A DNA stretch of 32,000 bases. Origin: Bdellovibrionales bacterium (lineage in GTDB: Bacteria; Bdellovibrionota; Bdellovibrionia; Bdellovibrionales; UBA1609). Where the stretch lies: contig OY843585.1 in NCBI GenBank assembly GCA_963692945.1, forward strand, positions 810,001 through 842,000, written 5' to 3'. A program made the translations under genes and the position numbers. Below, piece by piece: positions 1-7,837 of the stretch (the first letter of the stretch is position 1; each line of letters opens with the position of its first letter). The notes below the pieces were generated by a model. It searched no databases and had not been told where the DNA came from. It saw only the letters and a list, made by a program, of their open reading frames with translations.

Positions 1-1437
1 CTTTTTAGCAGTCTCCCATTTTCTTTTTAATTTATTAAGTTTTTGGGAGTAATCTTTGGAGTCTTCAGAATATTCTGCTTTTTCATTATGTCCTGAACCT
101 CTTGTTAAATAAGATTCCTCAGGATGTTTTGTGCCTGGCAGGCTTCTATAAGAAATTCCATCTTGATCTGAATCTTTATAACGAGAAAAATCTCTATTTT
201 GAAGGTCTTTTTCTGTTAAGATTTTTCCTCTGTTGAGAGGTCGCTCTTTATAATCAAAAGTAGAACTTTGGTGTAAGTTCATTCCTAAATCTAAATCACT
301 TAAAAGAATAACAAGAGTTTGGAGTTCTTCAGCCAGATCAAAAGCTTTTTGACTTAAGGAAAAACATTCTTCTACTGTTCCGGGCATGAGAACAATATGG
401 GAAGTGTCCCCATGAGATAAAAAACAAGAGGAGAGTAAATCTCCCTGTTGTGTTCGTGTCGGTAACCCTGTTGATGGACCTCCTCTTTGGACATTGCATA
501 GAACGGCTGGTATTTCCGAAAAATAAGACAGACCTGCCGCTTCGTTCATAAGGGAGAGTCCTGGTCCTGAAGTGACAGTCATAGCTCTTAAACCAGCCCA
601 ACTTGCTCCGATCACTTGAGTGAGTGCAGAGATTTCATCTTCAGATTGAATGATGGCAAATTTCTTTTTTCCTTCTTTATCTTGTTGATATTTATTTGTA
701 AATTTCTCAAAAGTTTCAGCGATAGAGGATGAAGGTGTGATGGGATACCAAGATAGAAATTGGCATCCTGCAAATAAAGACCCTAAGGCAACGGAAGTGT
801 TTCCGTCAATAAGAATAGAATTTTTAGAAAGACTCGTTTTTATTTTTTTAATCTGGTTTTTTTCTAGAGAAATAGGAAGAGGATTTTGTTGTGCGATCTC
901 TTTGCCTTTATTGAAAAATTTTAAATTTATTTCTAACAATTCTGAAGACTTGTGATGATTTTGAAAAAAATCACTTAAAGTTTTTGTGGAGATCTCTTCC
1001 TCTATTTTTAACCATTCAGCAAGTAACCCAACATAAACTGTATTTCTTAAAAGAGGTTTGATTTTAATAGGGACATCTTTTGATTCAGAAATAACTTTTG
1101 TGAAAGGGAGATCATAATGAGGGCCTTTAAAAGAAATATTAAATTTGTTTTTTTGATCTGTTACAAGCAGCCCTTCTTCTCTTAAATGTTTAAAGTTTTT
1201 TGGAAGAGTTTTAGGGTTTAAACTTATAAGGATGTCTGTTTTTGGGTCATAGGCTGTATAGCCTTTTGAGTTTAAGCGAATCTTATAGGAGCAAGGGAGT
1301 CCTGCTATATTGGAAGGGAAAAAGTTGTAAGAACCTACAGGGTATCCTGAACGAAATAACATTCGTGTTAAAATTTGATTAGCAGATAGACTTCCTGTTC
1401 CGTTGATGGTGTCAATTTGTAAGGATAGATTTTTCAT
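1..1437 (-). CDS. 2-oxoacid:ferredoxin (acceptor) oxidoreductase, fused gamma/alpha subunit; first 479 codons, C-terminus runs off the left edge
   Basis: Own translation of the minus strand from the ATG at 1437. It begins MKNLSLQIDTINGTGSLSANQILTRMLFRSGYPVGSYNFFPSNIAGLPC (POR gamma-type domain). It continues IDGNTSVALGSLFAGCQFLSWYPITPSSSIAE, IQSEDEISAL, SGPGLSLMNEAAGLSYFSEIPAVLCNVQRGGPSTGLPTRTQQGDLL (alpha-subunit motifs). The frame is open down to position 1. It is absent from the ORF track, presumably because it is edge-truncated. Confidence 0.8.
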   Translation of the reverse strand, partial: MKNLSLQIDTINGTGSLSANQILTRMLFRSGYPVGSYNFFPSNIAGLPCSYKIRLNSKGYTAYDPKTDILISLNPKTLPKNFKHLREEGLLVTDQKNKFNISFKGPHYDLPFTKVISESKDVPIKIKPLLRNTVYVGLLAEWLKIEEEISTKTLSDFFQNHHKSSELLEINLKFFNKGKEIAQQNPLPISLEKNQIKKIKTSLSKNSILIDGNTSVALGSLFAGCQFLSWYPITPSSSIAETFEKFTNKYQQDKEGKKKFAIIQSEDEISALTQVIGASWAGLRAMTVTSGPGLSLMNEAAGLSYFSEIPAVLCNVQRGGPSTGLPTRTQQGDLLSSCFLSHGDTSHIVLMPGTVEECFSLSQKAFDLAEELQTLVILLSDLDLGMNLHQSSTFDYKERPLNRGKILTEKDLQNRDFSRYKDSDQDGISYRSLPGTKHPEESYLTRGSGHNEKAEYSEDSKDYSQKLNKLKRKWETAKK

Positions 1438-1639
1438 GTAGGGTATCCTGAACGAAATAACATTCGTGTTAAAATTTGATTAGCAGATAGACTTCCTGTT
1501 CCGTTGATGGTGTCAATTTGTAAGGATAGATTTTTCATGTAGGGTATCCTGAACGAAATAACATTCGTGTTAAAATTTGATTAGCAGATAGACTTCCTGT
1601 TCCGTTGATGGTGTCAATTTGTAAGGATAGATTTTTCAT
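1340..1639. repeat. Perfect 101-bp tandem repeat, about 3 copies (1340-1440, 1441-1541, 1542-1639), duplicating the first 98 nt of the oxidoreductase CDS plus 3 upstream nt
   Basis: Read directly: gggtatcctgaacgaaataacattcgtgttaaaatttgattagcagatagacttcctgttccgttgatggtgtcaatttgtaaggatagatttttcat(gta) occurs three times with no mismatch. The third copy diverges right after the cat (ATG on the minus strand). Confidence 0.95.
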
Positions 1640-1939
1640 TGTATTGTTAAGGGTTTGTTTATTAACATAGGTCATCCTTTAAAACTAGAGGTTTTTTATT
1701 CAAATTTAGAAAATGAAGAGGTTTGTAATCTAGGGATTTATATCTTCTTAGAAATTAAAAGCCATCTGACTTGAATTTTTGAAATAGAGATAGGGGTTTC
1801 TTTTTAAGTGTAAGATTTTATATAATTTCTTTTTCTGTTTTTTTACAAACAATGGTTTTTATATTTGACCAATCCCTTTATTTTTTATACACCGCCATGA
1901 TGCTGATATGTGGGATTAAAGTTTAGGAAGAGTCATGTT

Positions 1940-2980
1940 ATGAACAAAATTTTGTTTATTTTAAATCTTGTCCTTTTTGGAAGTTTTGTCTCTCAATCTT
2001 TCTCTCAATCTTTCTCTCAATCTTTCCCTCAATCTTTCTCTCCAGCTGAAAGGCTTCATAATGCTGTTTCATCTCGTCAGTTAGAGGAAATAAAAGATCT
2101 TATTCAAAAAGGTGTAGATGTGAACATTCAAAATGAATGGGGAGTGACGGCTCTTCATATAGCTGTTAGTCAAGGGAGTTTAGATATTATAAATCTTCTT
2201 TTAGAAAACAATGTGAAAGTGAATCTTAAAGATAAAATTGGATCAACAGCTCTTCATATAGCTGTCAATCAATTGGATTTAGACTCTATGAAAATTCTTA
2301 TAGCAAATGGTGTAATGGTGAATGCCTTAGATTTTATAGGAGAATCGGCTCTTCATATAGCTGTTAATCAAAGAGATTTTAAAATGACGAAATTTCTTCT
2401 AGAAAACGGTGCAGATGTAAATCTTGTAGATAAATTTGGATCAACATCTCTTCATAGAGCTGCTGGTCAAGAGAATTTAGAGATTATGAAACTTCTTATA
2501 GAAAACGGTGCCAGTGTGAATATTCAAAACAGATGGGGTGGAACTGCTCTTCATGCAATACATACATTTAAACATCCACACACTATAAAACTTCTTATAG
2601 AAAACGGTGCAGATGTGAATGCTCAAAATCAATCTAAAGTGACGATTCTTCATACAGCTGCTAGTCGTGGATATTTAAAACTTGTGGAATTTCTTATAGA
2701 AAACGGTGCGGATGTGAATCTTCAAGATAAAAAAGGAGCAACGGCTCTTCATAGAGCTGCTTATCGTGGAGATTTAGAAATCGTAAAAACTCTTGTCCAA
2801 AACGATGTAGATACACTCCTGCAAAACCGATCTGGAAAAGCTGCTTTTAAAATTGCAAAAAAACGAAAAAACAAAGAAGTCTTTGATTACTTATCAGAGA
2901 TTGCTGCTGCTCAGAAACAATCAAAAATCAATACACTGAACATGATGGCATTGAATTGTATTGCTTTGTTTAAAAGGTAG
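1940..2980 (+). CDS. Secreted ankyrin-repeat protein (about 8 ANK repeats)
   Basis: ORF 1910-2980. The ATG at 1940 is preferred: AGGAAG lies 9 nt upstream and the N-terminus MNKILFILNLVLFGSFVSQ looks like a signal peptide. Repeated motifs are G-x-TALH-x-A and LL-x-NGADVN. Confidence 0.85.
   Translation: MNKILFILNLVLFGSFVSQSFSQSFSQSFPQSFSPAERLHNAVSSRQLEEIKDLIQKGVDVNIQNEWGVTALHIAVSQGSLDIINLLLENNVKVNLKDKIGSTALHIAVNQLDLDSMKILIANGVMVNALDFIGESALHIAVNQRDFKMTKFLLENGADVNLVDKFGSTSLHRAAGQENLEIMKLLIENGASVNIQNRWGGTALHAIHTFKHPHTIKLLIENGADVNAQNQSKVTILHTAASRGYLKLVEFLIENGADVNLQDKKGATALHRAAYRGDLEIVKTLVQNDVDTLLQNRSGKAAFKIAKKRKNKEVFDYLSEIAAAQKQSKINTLNMMALNCIALFKR
1989..2043 (+). repeat. 12-bp microsatellite (tctcaatctttc, about 4.4 copies) encoding (SQSF)n just after the signal peptide of the first ankyrin protein
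   Basis: Copies at 1991-2002, 2003-2014 and 2015-2026 are identical. 2027-2038 has one mismatch, then a partial copy follows. Confidence 0.9.
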
Positions 2981-3070
2981 AATCTATAAAAATTTATGTT
3001 TTTTTAGAGTTCAAAATATTCAGAATCCTTAGTTTTATTGTGATTTAAAGAGAAAATACTATCTATTTAT

Positions 3071-3098
3071 TTGACATATTTTTTTATTTTTATATATT
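3071..3098 (+). promoter_or_regulatory. Candidate sigma70-type promoter for the second ankyrin gene
   Basis: TTGACA at 3071-3076, a 16-nt spacer, TATATT at 3093-3098, about 35 nt upstream of the ATG at 3132. AT-rich context makes chance matches likely. Confidence 0.3.
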
Positions 3099-3131
3099 GA
3101 GTGGGAATAAAAACAATAGGATGTGGTTATT

Positions 3132-5411
3132 ATGAAAAAGTTTGTATTCCTTTTAAACTTTATCTTTTTTGGATCTTTTGCTTTCCAAGTTTTTTCTCAA
3201 TCTAAACCTAAAACTCTAAATGATAGATCTTTAGCTATAGATTTCTTTCAGGCTATTGTAGATAACAATTTGACAGATGTAAAAGCTCTTGTTCAAAAAG
3301 GGTTAAATGTGAACATGGAAGATAGTATGGGGGGAACGCTTTTTTATAGAGCTGTTGAACTAGGTCATGTAGATATTATTGAGTTTCTTCTTAAAAATGG
3401 TGGAGATGTGAATGCTCAAAATGGTATGGGAGTAACAGCTCTTAAGGCTGCGATTTTTAGTGGCAATGATGAAATTGTAAAACTTCTTTTAAAAAATAAA
3501 GAAATAGATATAAATATTATAGACAAACGTAGAGAGACCGCTCTTCATCAGGCTGTTGAAACAGGAAGTTTAGAAATTGTAAAAGCTCTTATAAAAAACG
3601 GTGCGGATGTGAATGCTCAAAATGAGATTCAAGCGACGGCTCTTCATATAGCAGTCAATCGTGGAATTTTAGATATGGTAAAAATTCTTGTGAAAAACGG
3701 TGCCTATATAAATATTCAAGATCAATGGAAAGCAACAGCTTTGCATTTAGCAGCTGAGATAGGTGACTTAGATATTGTTGAATATCTTATAGAAGAAGGT
3801 GTAAGTGTGAATCTTCAAGATAAAAAAGGAGCAACGGCTCTTCATCTAGCAGTCCATAATGGAAGTGAAAAAGTTGTAAAATCTTTTTTAAAAAACAATA
3901 GAGTTGATTTGAGTATTAAAGATAAAAGAGGAGTAACGGCTTTGGCATTAGCAGCTAAACTAGACCATCTAGATATTATTAAACTTCTTTTAGCGAAAAG
4001 AACTGGTGAACAAGATGTTATAGATTTAGCCCCCCCAGCAATTGTAGAGAAGCCAGATTTTTATAAAATGATTGAGATAGGTGACCTAGATATTGTTAAG
4101 TCTCTTATAAAAGATGATACCGATGTGAATTTTAAAGATGCAGAAGGTTTGACGGCTCTTCATCTATTGGCTGAATTAGGTCATGTAGATATTATTGAGT
4201 TTCTTATAAAAAACGGTGCAGATGTGAATGCTCAAAGTAAAGATAACGAAACGGCTCTTCATTTGGCTACTATTTTTACAAACACAGAAGCTGTTAGACT
4301 TCTTCTTGAAAGAGGTGCTGATATTAATGTTCAGGATAAAATTGGTAAGACAGCTCTTCATCAAGCCATTGATATGAAATCTGTAGGAATAGCGAAACTT
4401 CTTTTAAAAAATAAAAACATAAATGTGAATCTTCAAGATAAATTACTAGGAACACCTCTTCATTTGGCTATTATTAGAGGAAATGAAGAAATAGTAAAAA
4501 TTCTTTTAGAAAATGAAAAAATAGATTTGAGTATTGAGAGTAGGGGAAAAACACCTCTAGATGTAGCGGCTTATTATAAAAATGCAAAAATTGTAAATCT
4601 TCTAGAAAAAAATATTGATTTTTTAAAACTTAAAGAAAATTCTCATTTTGTTCGTCCGCCTCTTCAACCTGAAGATGCTATTGTAGATGCTATAGAACAA
4701 GATTTTCGTTTTGAAAAAAATAAAAAGGATTCTCATTCTGTTATTCCGCCTCTTCAACCTGTAGATTTTGAAATAAAAACTTACACATTGAAAGATCAAT
4801 CTGTTTCTGATGAGAAACTTGTTAAAGCTATTCGTAGTCATGATATAGCAACTGTTAAATCTTTTATAGAAAAGGGTGGAGATATAAATCACAAAGTGAG
4901 TGATGGAAATTCTCTTATTCGTTTGGCTATTATGCATGAAAGTTTAGACATTGTAAAATTTCTTTTAGATAAGGATGTGAACTTAAAAAATCAAAATGGA
5001 GTAGGAGAGTCAGCTATCTTTTCAGCTGTTTATAAAGGGTCAGAAAATATCTTAGATCTTCTTCTAGAGTTTGGTGCAGACCCACATGTTATTGACCATT
5101 TTGAAAGAACTCTTCTTCATAAAGCGATTCAAGTTGGTGGAAGCTTAGATACTATCAAGCGTCTTGTTAAAGAAGGTGTGAGTATGGATGCTAAGGATAA
5201 GAATGGAAACACGGCTGTTCAGGTCGCCATTTTTGCTGGCCATGTAGAGGCTTTTAAACTCTTTGCAAAAGAAGGTGCAGATTTAGAAGTTCAAAATAAA
5301 GATGGCGAAACTCTTATGGATTTTGCAAAAAAAATGAAAAGAGAAAAAATCATAGAGTATTTAGAAAGCAATACATCTACGAAATCTAGTTGTGCTAAAA
5401 CTTTTGAATGA
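3132..5411 (+). CDS. Large secreted ankyrin-repeat protein with three ANK blocks separated by linkers
   Basis: ORF 3123-5411. The ATG at 3132 is preferred (AGGA upstream). The signal peptide MKKFVFLLNFIFFGSFAFQVFSQS is homologous to that of the upstream ANK protein. There are many TALH..A / G.DVN repeats. A 90-bp-period duplication in the linker (4641-4670 vs 4731-4760) encodes SHFVRPPLQP / SHSVIPPLQP. Confidence 0.85.
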   Translation: MKKFVFLLNFIFFGSFAFQVFSQSKPKTLNDRSLAIDFFQAIVDNNLTDVKALVQKGLNVNMEDSMGGTLFYRAVELGHVDIIEFLLKNGGDVNAQNGMGVTALKAAIFSGNDEIVKLLLKNKEIDINIIDKRRETALHQAVETGSLEIVKALIKNGADVNAQNEIQATALHIAVNRGILDMVKILVKNGAYINIQDQWKATALHLAAEIGDLDIVEYLIEEGVSVNLQDKKGATALHLAVHNGSEKVVKSFLKNNRVDLSIKDKRGVTALALAAKLDHLDIIKLLLAKRTGEQDVIDLAPPAIVEKPDFYKMIEIGDLDIVKSLIKDDTDVNFKDAEGLTALHLLAELGHVDIIEFLIKNGADVNAQSKDNETALHLATIFTNTEAVRLLLERGADINVQDKIGKTALHQAIDMKSVGIAKLLLKNKNINVNLQDKLLGTPLHLAIIRGNEEIVKILLENEKIDLSIESRGKTPLDVAAYYKNAKIVNLLEKNIDFLKLKENSHFVRPPLQPEDAIVDAIEQDFRFEKNKKDSHSVIPPLQPVDFEIKTYTLKDQSVSDEKLVKAIRSHDIATVKSFIEKGGDINHKVSDGNSLIRLAIMHESLDIVKFLLDKDVNLKNQNGVGESAIFSAVYKGSENILDLLLEFGADPHVIDHFERTLLHKAIQVGGSLDTIKRLVKEGVSMDAKDKNGNTAVQVAIFAGHVEAFKLFAKEGADLEVQNKDGETLMDFAKKMKREKIIEYLESNTSTKSSCAKTFE

Positions 5412-5427
5412 ATTTAAAAATCCACCT

Positions 5428-6654
5428 CTAAGAAAAAAATCTTGTTTTTAAAGAAGAGTCCAATTGAGACATTTTATTACAAAGGTCTTGAACATTTTTC
5501 TTTTCAATATCCATCACTAAATAACCAATTGTTTCATTGGTTGAGAGATATTGATTTTTAATGTTAGCACCTGATTGAGAGACAAAGTTGTTGATTTTGC
5601 TTAGGACTCCAGGTTGATTTTTGTGCACATTAGATATTCTTTGAGTGTTTTCAGGTATAGGGGGAAGATGCAATTGTGGAAAGTTCACAGAGTTTTCTGT
5701 AGAACCTAAAAAAATAAAATTTTTAAGATTGTCTGAAACTTCTCTAGCTATAGATTCTTGAGCCTCTTCTGTGCTTCCTCCAATGTGAGGTGTTAAAATC
5801 ACTTTTTTTGTATTTCGTAATGGAGACTCAAAAAGTTCCCCATTGTTTTTTGGTTCTTTAGGAAACACATCAAGAGCAGCTCCTGAAAGATGATTTGAGT
5901 CTAGAGATTCTTTTAAATCAGAAATATTAACAACTGTTCCCCGACTTGTATTTATTAACTTAGATCCTTTTTTCATACATTGTAGTTCTTTTTTACTGAT
6001 AAGATTTATAGTTTCTGAAGTTTCAGGAACATGTAAAGTTACGAAATCTGATTCTTTTAAAAGGCTTTCTTTATCAGAAGTGGGTTTCGCATTTCCTATT
6101 GGTAATTTTGTAATGATATCATAGTAGATGATTTTCATTCCTAAAGATTCGGCTAAGATACTAACTTGACTTCCTATATGTCCATATCCAATAATTCCCA
6201 AAGTTTTTCCACGAACTTCAAAAGAACTTTTTGCTGATTTTCTCCAGTGTCCTTCATGAATTTCTTTTTGAGAGGTGTCAAAGCGATTTCTAGAAAGGGA
6301 GATAATAAAATTTATAACCAACTCTGCAACACTTCGTGTATTGCTATAAGGAGCGTTGAAAACAGAAATGGCTTCTTTACAAGCAGCTTCTAAATCAATT
6401 TGATTCACCCCTATACAAAAAGCTCCAATACAAAGGAGGTCGCTGTTTGTGAGTATTTCTTTAGTGATTTGGGTTTGAGAGCGAGAACCTAAAATAGAAA
6501 CCCCTTTTAGTTTCTTGATTAAATCTTCTGTATCAGGTGCTTGATCTGGACTTTTGACTTTCAAACCCTTTTTTTCTAAAGCGAGCTTGGCTTTAGGGTG
6601 AATGCCTTCCAAAAGAAGTGCTGTATAAGGATTGTTTTGATTCAATTTTTTCAA
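5428..6654 (-). CDS. serA: D-3-phosphoglycerate dehydrogenase with C-terminal ACT domain
   Basis: 408 aa, colinear with my recollection of E. coli SerA. Motifs: CIGVNQIDLEAA, FNAPYSNTRSVAELV, LGIIGYGHIGSQ, TLHVPET, NTSRGTVV, LTPHIGGSTEEAQ. Confidence 0.9.
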   Translation of the reverse strand: MKKLNQNNPYTALLLEGIHPKAKLALEKKGLKVKSPDQAPDTEDLIKKLKGVSILGSRSQTQITKEILTNSDLLCIGAFCIGVNQIDLEAACKEAISVFNAPYSNTRSVAELVINFIISLSRNRFDTSQKEIHEGHWRKSAKSSFEVRGKTLGIIGYGHIGSQVSILAESLGMKIIYYDIITKLPIGNAKPTSDKESLLKESDFVTLHVPETSETINLISKKELQCMKKGSKLINTSRGTVVNISDLKESLDSNHLSGAALDVFPKEPKNNGELFESPLRNTKKVILTPHIGGSTEEAQESIAREVSDNLKNFIFLGSTENSVNFPQLHLPPIPENTQRISNVHKNQPGVLSKINNFVSQSGANIKNQYLSTNETIGYLVMDIEKKNVQDLCNKMSQLDSSLKTRFFS

Positions 6655-6765
6655 CCTTTCTAGATCAAGGTTTTATTATTAACATAAAATTAGAATTTAA
6701 ACAATTATTACTACCTTAAAGGTCTCTCCTTTTATAAACTACAAAAGGATAGAAAAGGAGTATGT

Positions 6766-7305
6766 ATGTATAAACAATATGGAATGATTCTTTTAGTTTT
6801 TTTAAGTCTTGGTTTTGGTTTTGAAAGTTCAGGGAAAAGGAAGAAAAGAAAAAGAACAGCGAAATGGTCGGTTTCTATTTCTAACGGCTATACTTTTTAC
6901 AGTCAGAAAAAAAGCAGTGTAAAAGGCTTAGAATTTTGGTCTCATTTAGATGGTCAGATGAACACCTATTTTTCTTCTCTGGAAGTGGGAAGAAATTTTG
7001 GATCTTATGAAGTTGGAGGTCGGTTGCAATTCCTAGGTCCTTCTTTTGTTTCTCCTTATTTGAAATGGAATATAGTCAATAAAAACAGTCGGACTGCTTT
7101 TAAACCTTCTCTTACATTTGGTGTTGTTCCTTCTCATCTTATAGGTGGCTATGTAAAATTCAATTTAGGATTAGCAGTGAATTCTTACTTTGTTTTGAAT
7201 CCGTTTGTAGGCTTTTATGCTTGGTATAGATTGAAAGATATTATGGAGTATGAAAAGTCCAATTACCATGTCAATGCAGGTCTAAGCTTAAGCATGTATT
7301 TTTAG
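6766..7305 (+). CDS. Hypothetical small outer-membrane beta-barrel-like protein
   Basis: N-terminal signal-like segment, alternating hydrophobic/aromatic pattern, C-terminal ...GLSLSMYF ending in Phe as in many OMPs. No family recognised. Confidence 0.4.
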   Translation: MYKQYGMILLVFLSLGFGFESSGKRKKRKRTAKWSVSISNGYTFYSQKKSSVKGLEFWSHLDGQMNTYFSSLEVGRNFGSYEVGGRLQFLGPSFVSPYLKWNIVNKNSRTAFKPSLTFGVVPSHLIGGYVKFNLGLAVNSYFVLNPFVGFYAWYRLKDIMEYEKSNYHVNAGLSLSMYF

Positions 7306-7809
7306 ATCTTGTTGGTCAAAAAGTTTAAAAACTTTAAGATTTTCTTTTGTGAGAGGGGCTATGCTTTTTCCTCTGTAAATGATACACAAAACGGAATCCA
7401 CAATAGCTCCTTGTTCTCTTAATTTTTTCACAGATTGTATCACCTGACCACCTGTTGTAATTACATCTTCTATAATGCAAAGTCTTTTACCTTTTATTTC
7501 TCCACCTTCGCAAATTCTTTGAGTGCCATAATCTTTGGCTTTTTTCCTCACAAAATACACGGGAATTTTTGTCTTTAAAGATAAGGCTGTGCCAATAGGT
7601 AGGCCTCCCATTTCTAAAGCAGCTAAACCTTCTGTATTTTTTGGAATAAGGGGAATGAGATAATCTCTAATCGCTGATAAAAGTTCAGGAGAGGATTCTA
7701 TAGTGTATTTATCAAAATACTCTTTAGAGGTGATTCCAGACCTTAAAGTGAAGTTTCCTTGCAAATAACAGGTTTGAAATATTTTTTTTGCCAAATCTGA
7801 TTTTTCCAT
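7288..7809 (-). CDS. pyrE: Orotate phosphoribosyltransferase
   Basis: 173 aa. FTLRSGITSKEYFD N-region and the PRPP-binding motif RLCIIEDVITTGGQ. Confidence 0.8.
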   Translation of the reverse strand: MEKSDLAKKIFQTCYLQGNFTLRSGITSKEYFDKYTIESSPELLSAIRDYLIPLIPKNTEGLAALEMGGLPIGTALSLKTKIPVYFVRKKAKDYGTQRICEGGEIKGKRLCIIEDVITTGGQVIQSVKKLREQGAIVDSVLCIIYRGKSIAPLTKENLKVFKLFDQQDLKIHA

Positions 7810-7837
7810 TGTTGTTATTTTGTGTTAATTTAACAAA

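Noticed and set aside
338-955. ORF-track entries 338-601 (-) and 737-955 (+)
   Set aside because: Both lie inside the long open oxidoreductase frame (1-1437, minus). One is out of frame on the same strand and one is antisense. Their sequences have no recognisable motifs, whereas the overlapping frame has clear KorA-type motifs.
1340-1639. 101-bp repeats as a possible CRISPR array or mobile-element terminus
   Set aside because: The copies are directly adjacent with no spacers, and the unit is simply the 5' end of the adjacent CDS. This is a tandem duplication, not a CRISPR array or IS end.
4176-4937. Antisense ORFs 4176-4364 and 4623-4937 inside the large ANK gene
   Set aside because: Low-complexity translations opposite a strongly supported ANK reading frame. 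They are typical antisense open frames in AT-rich DNA.
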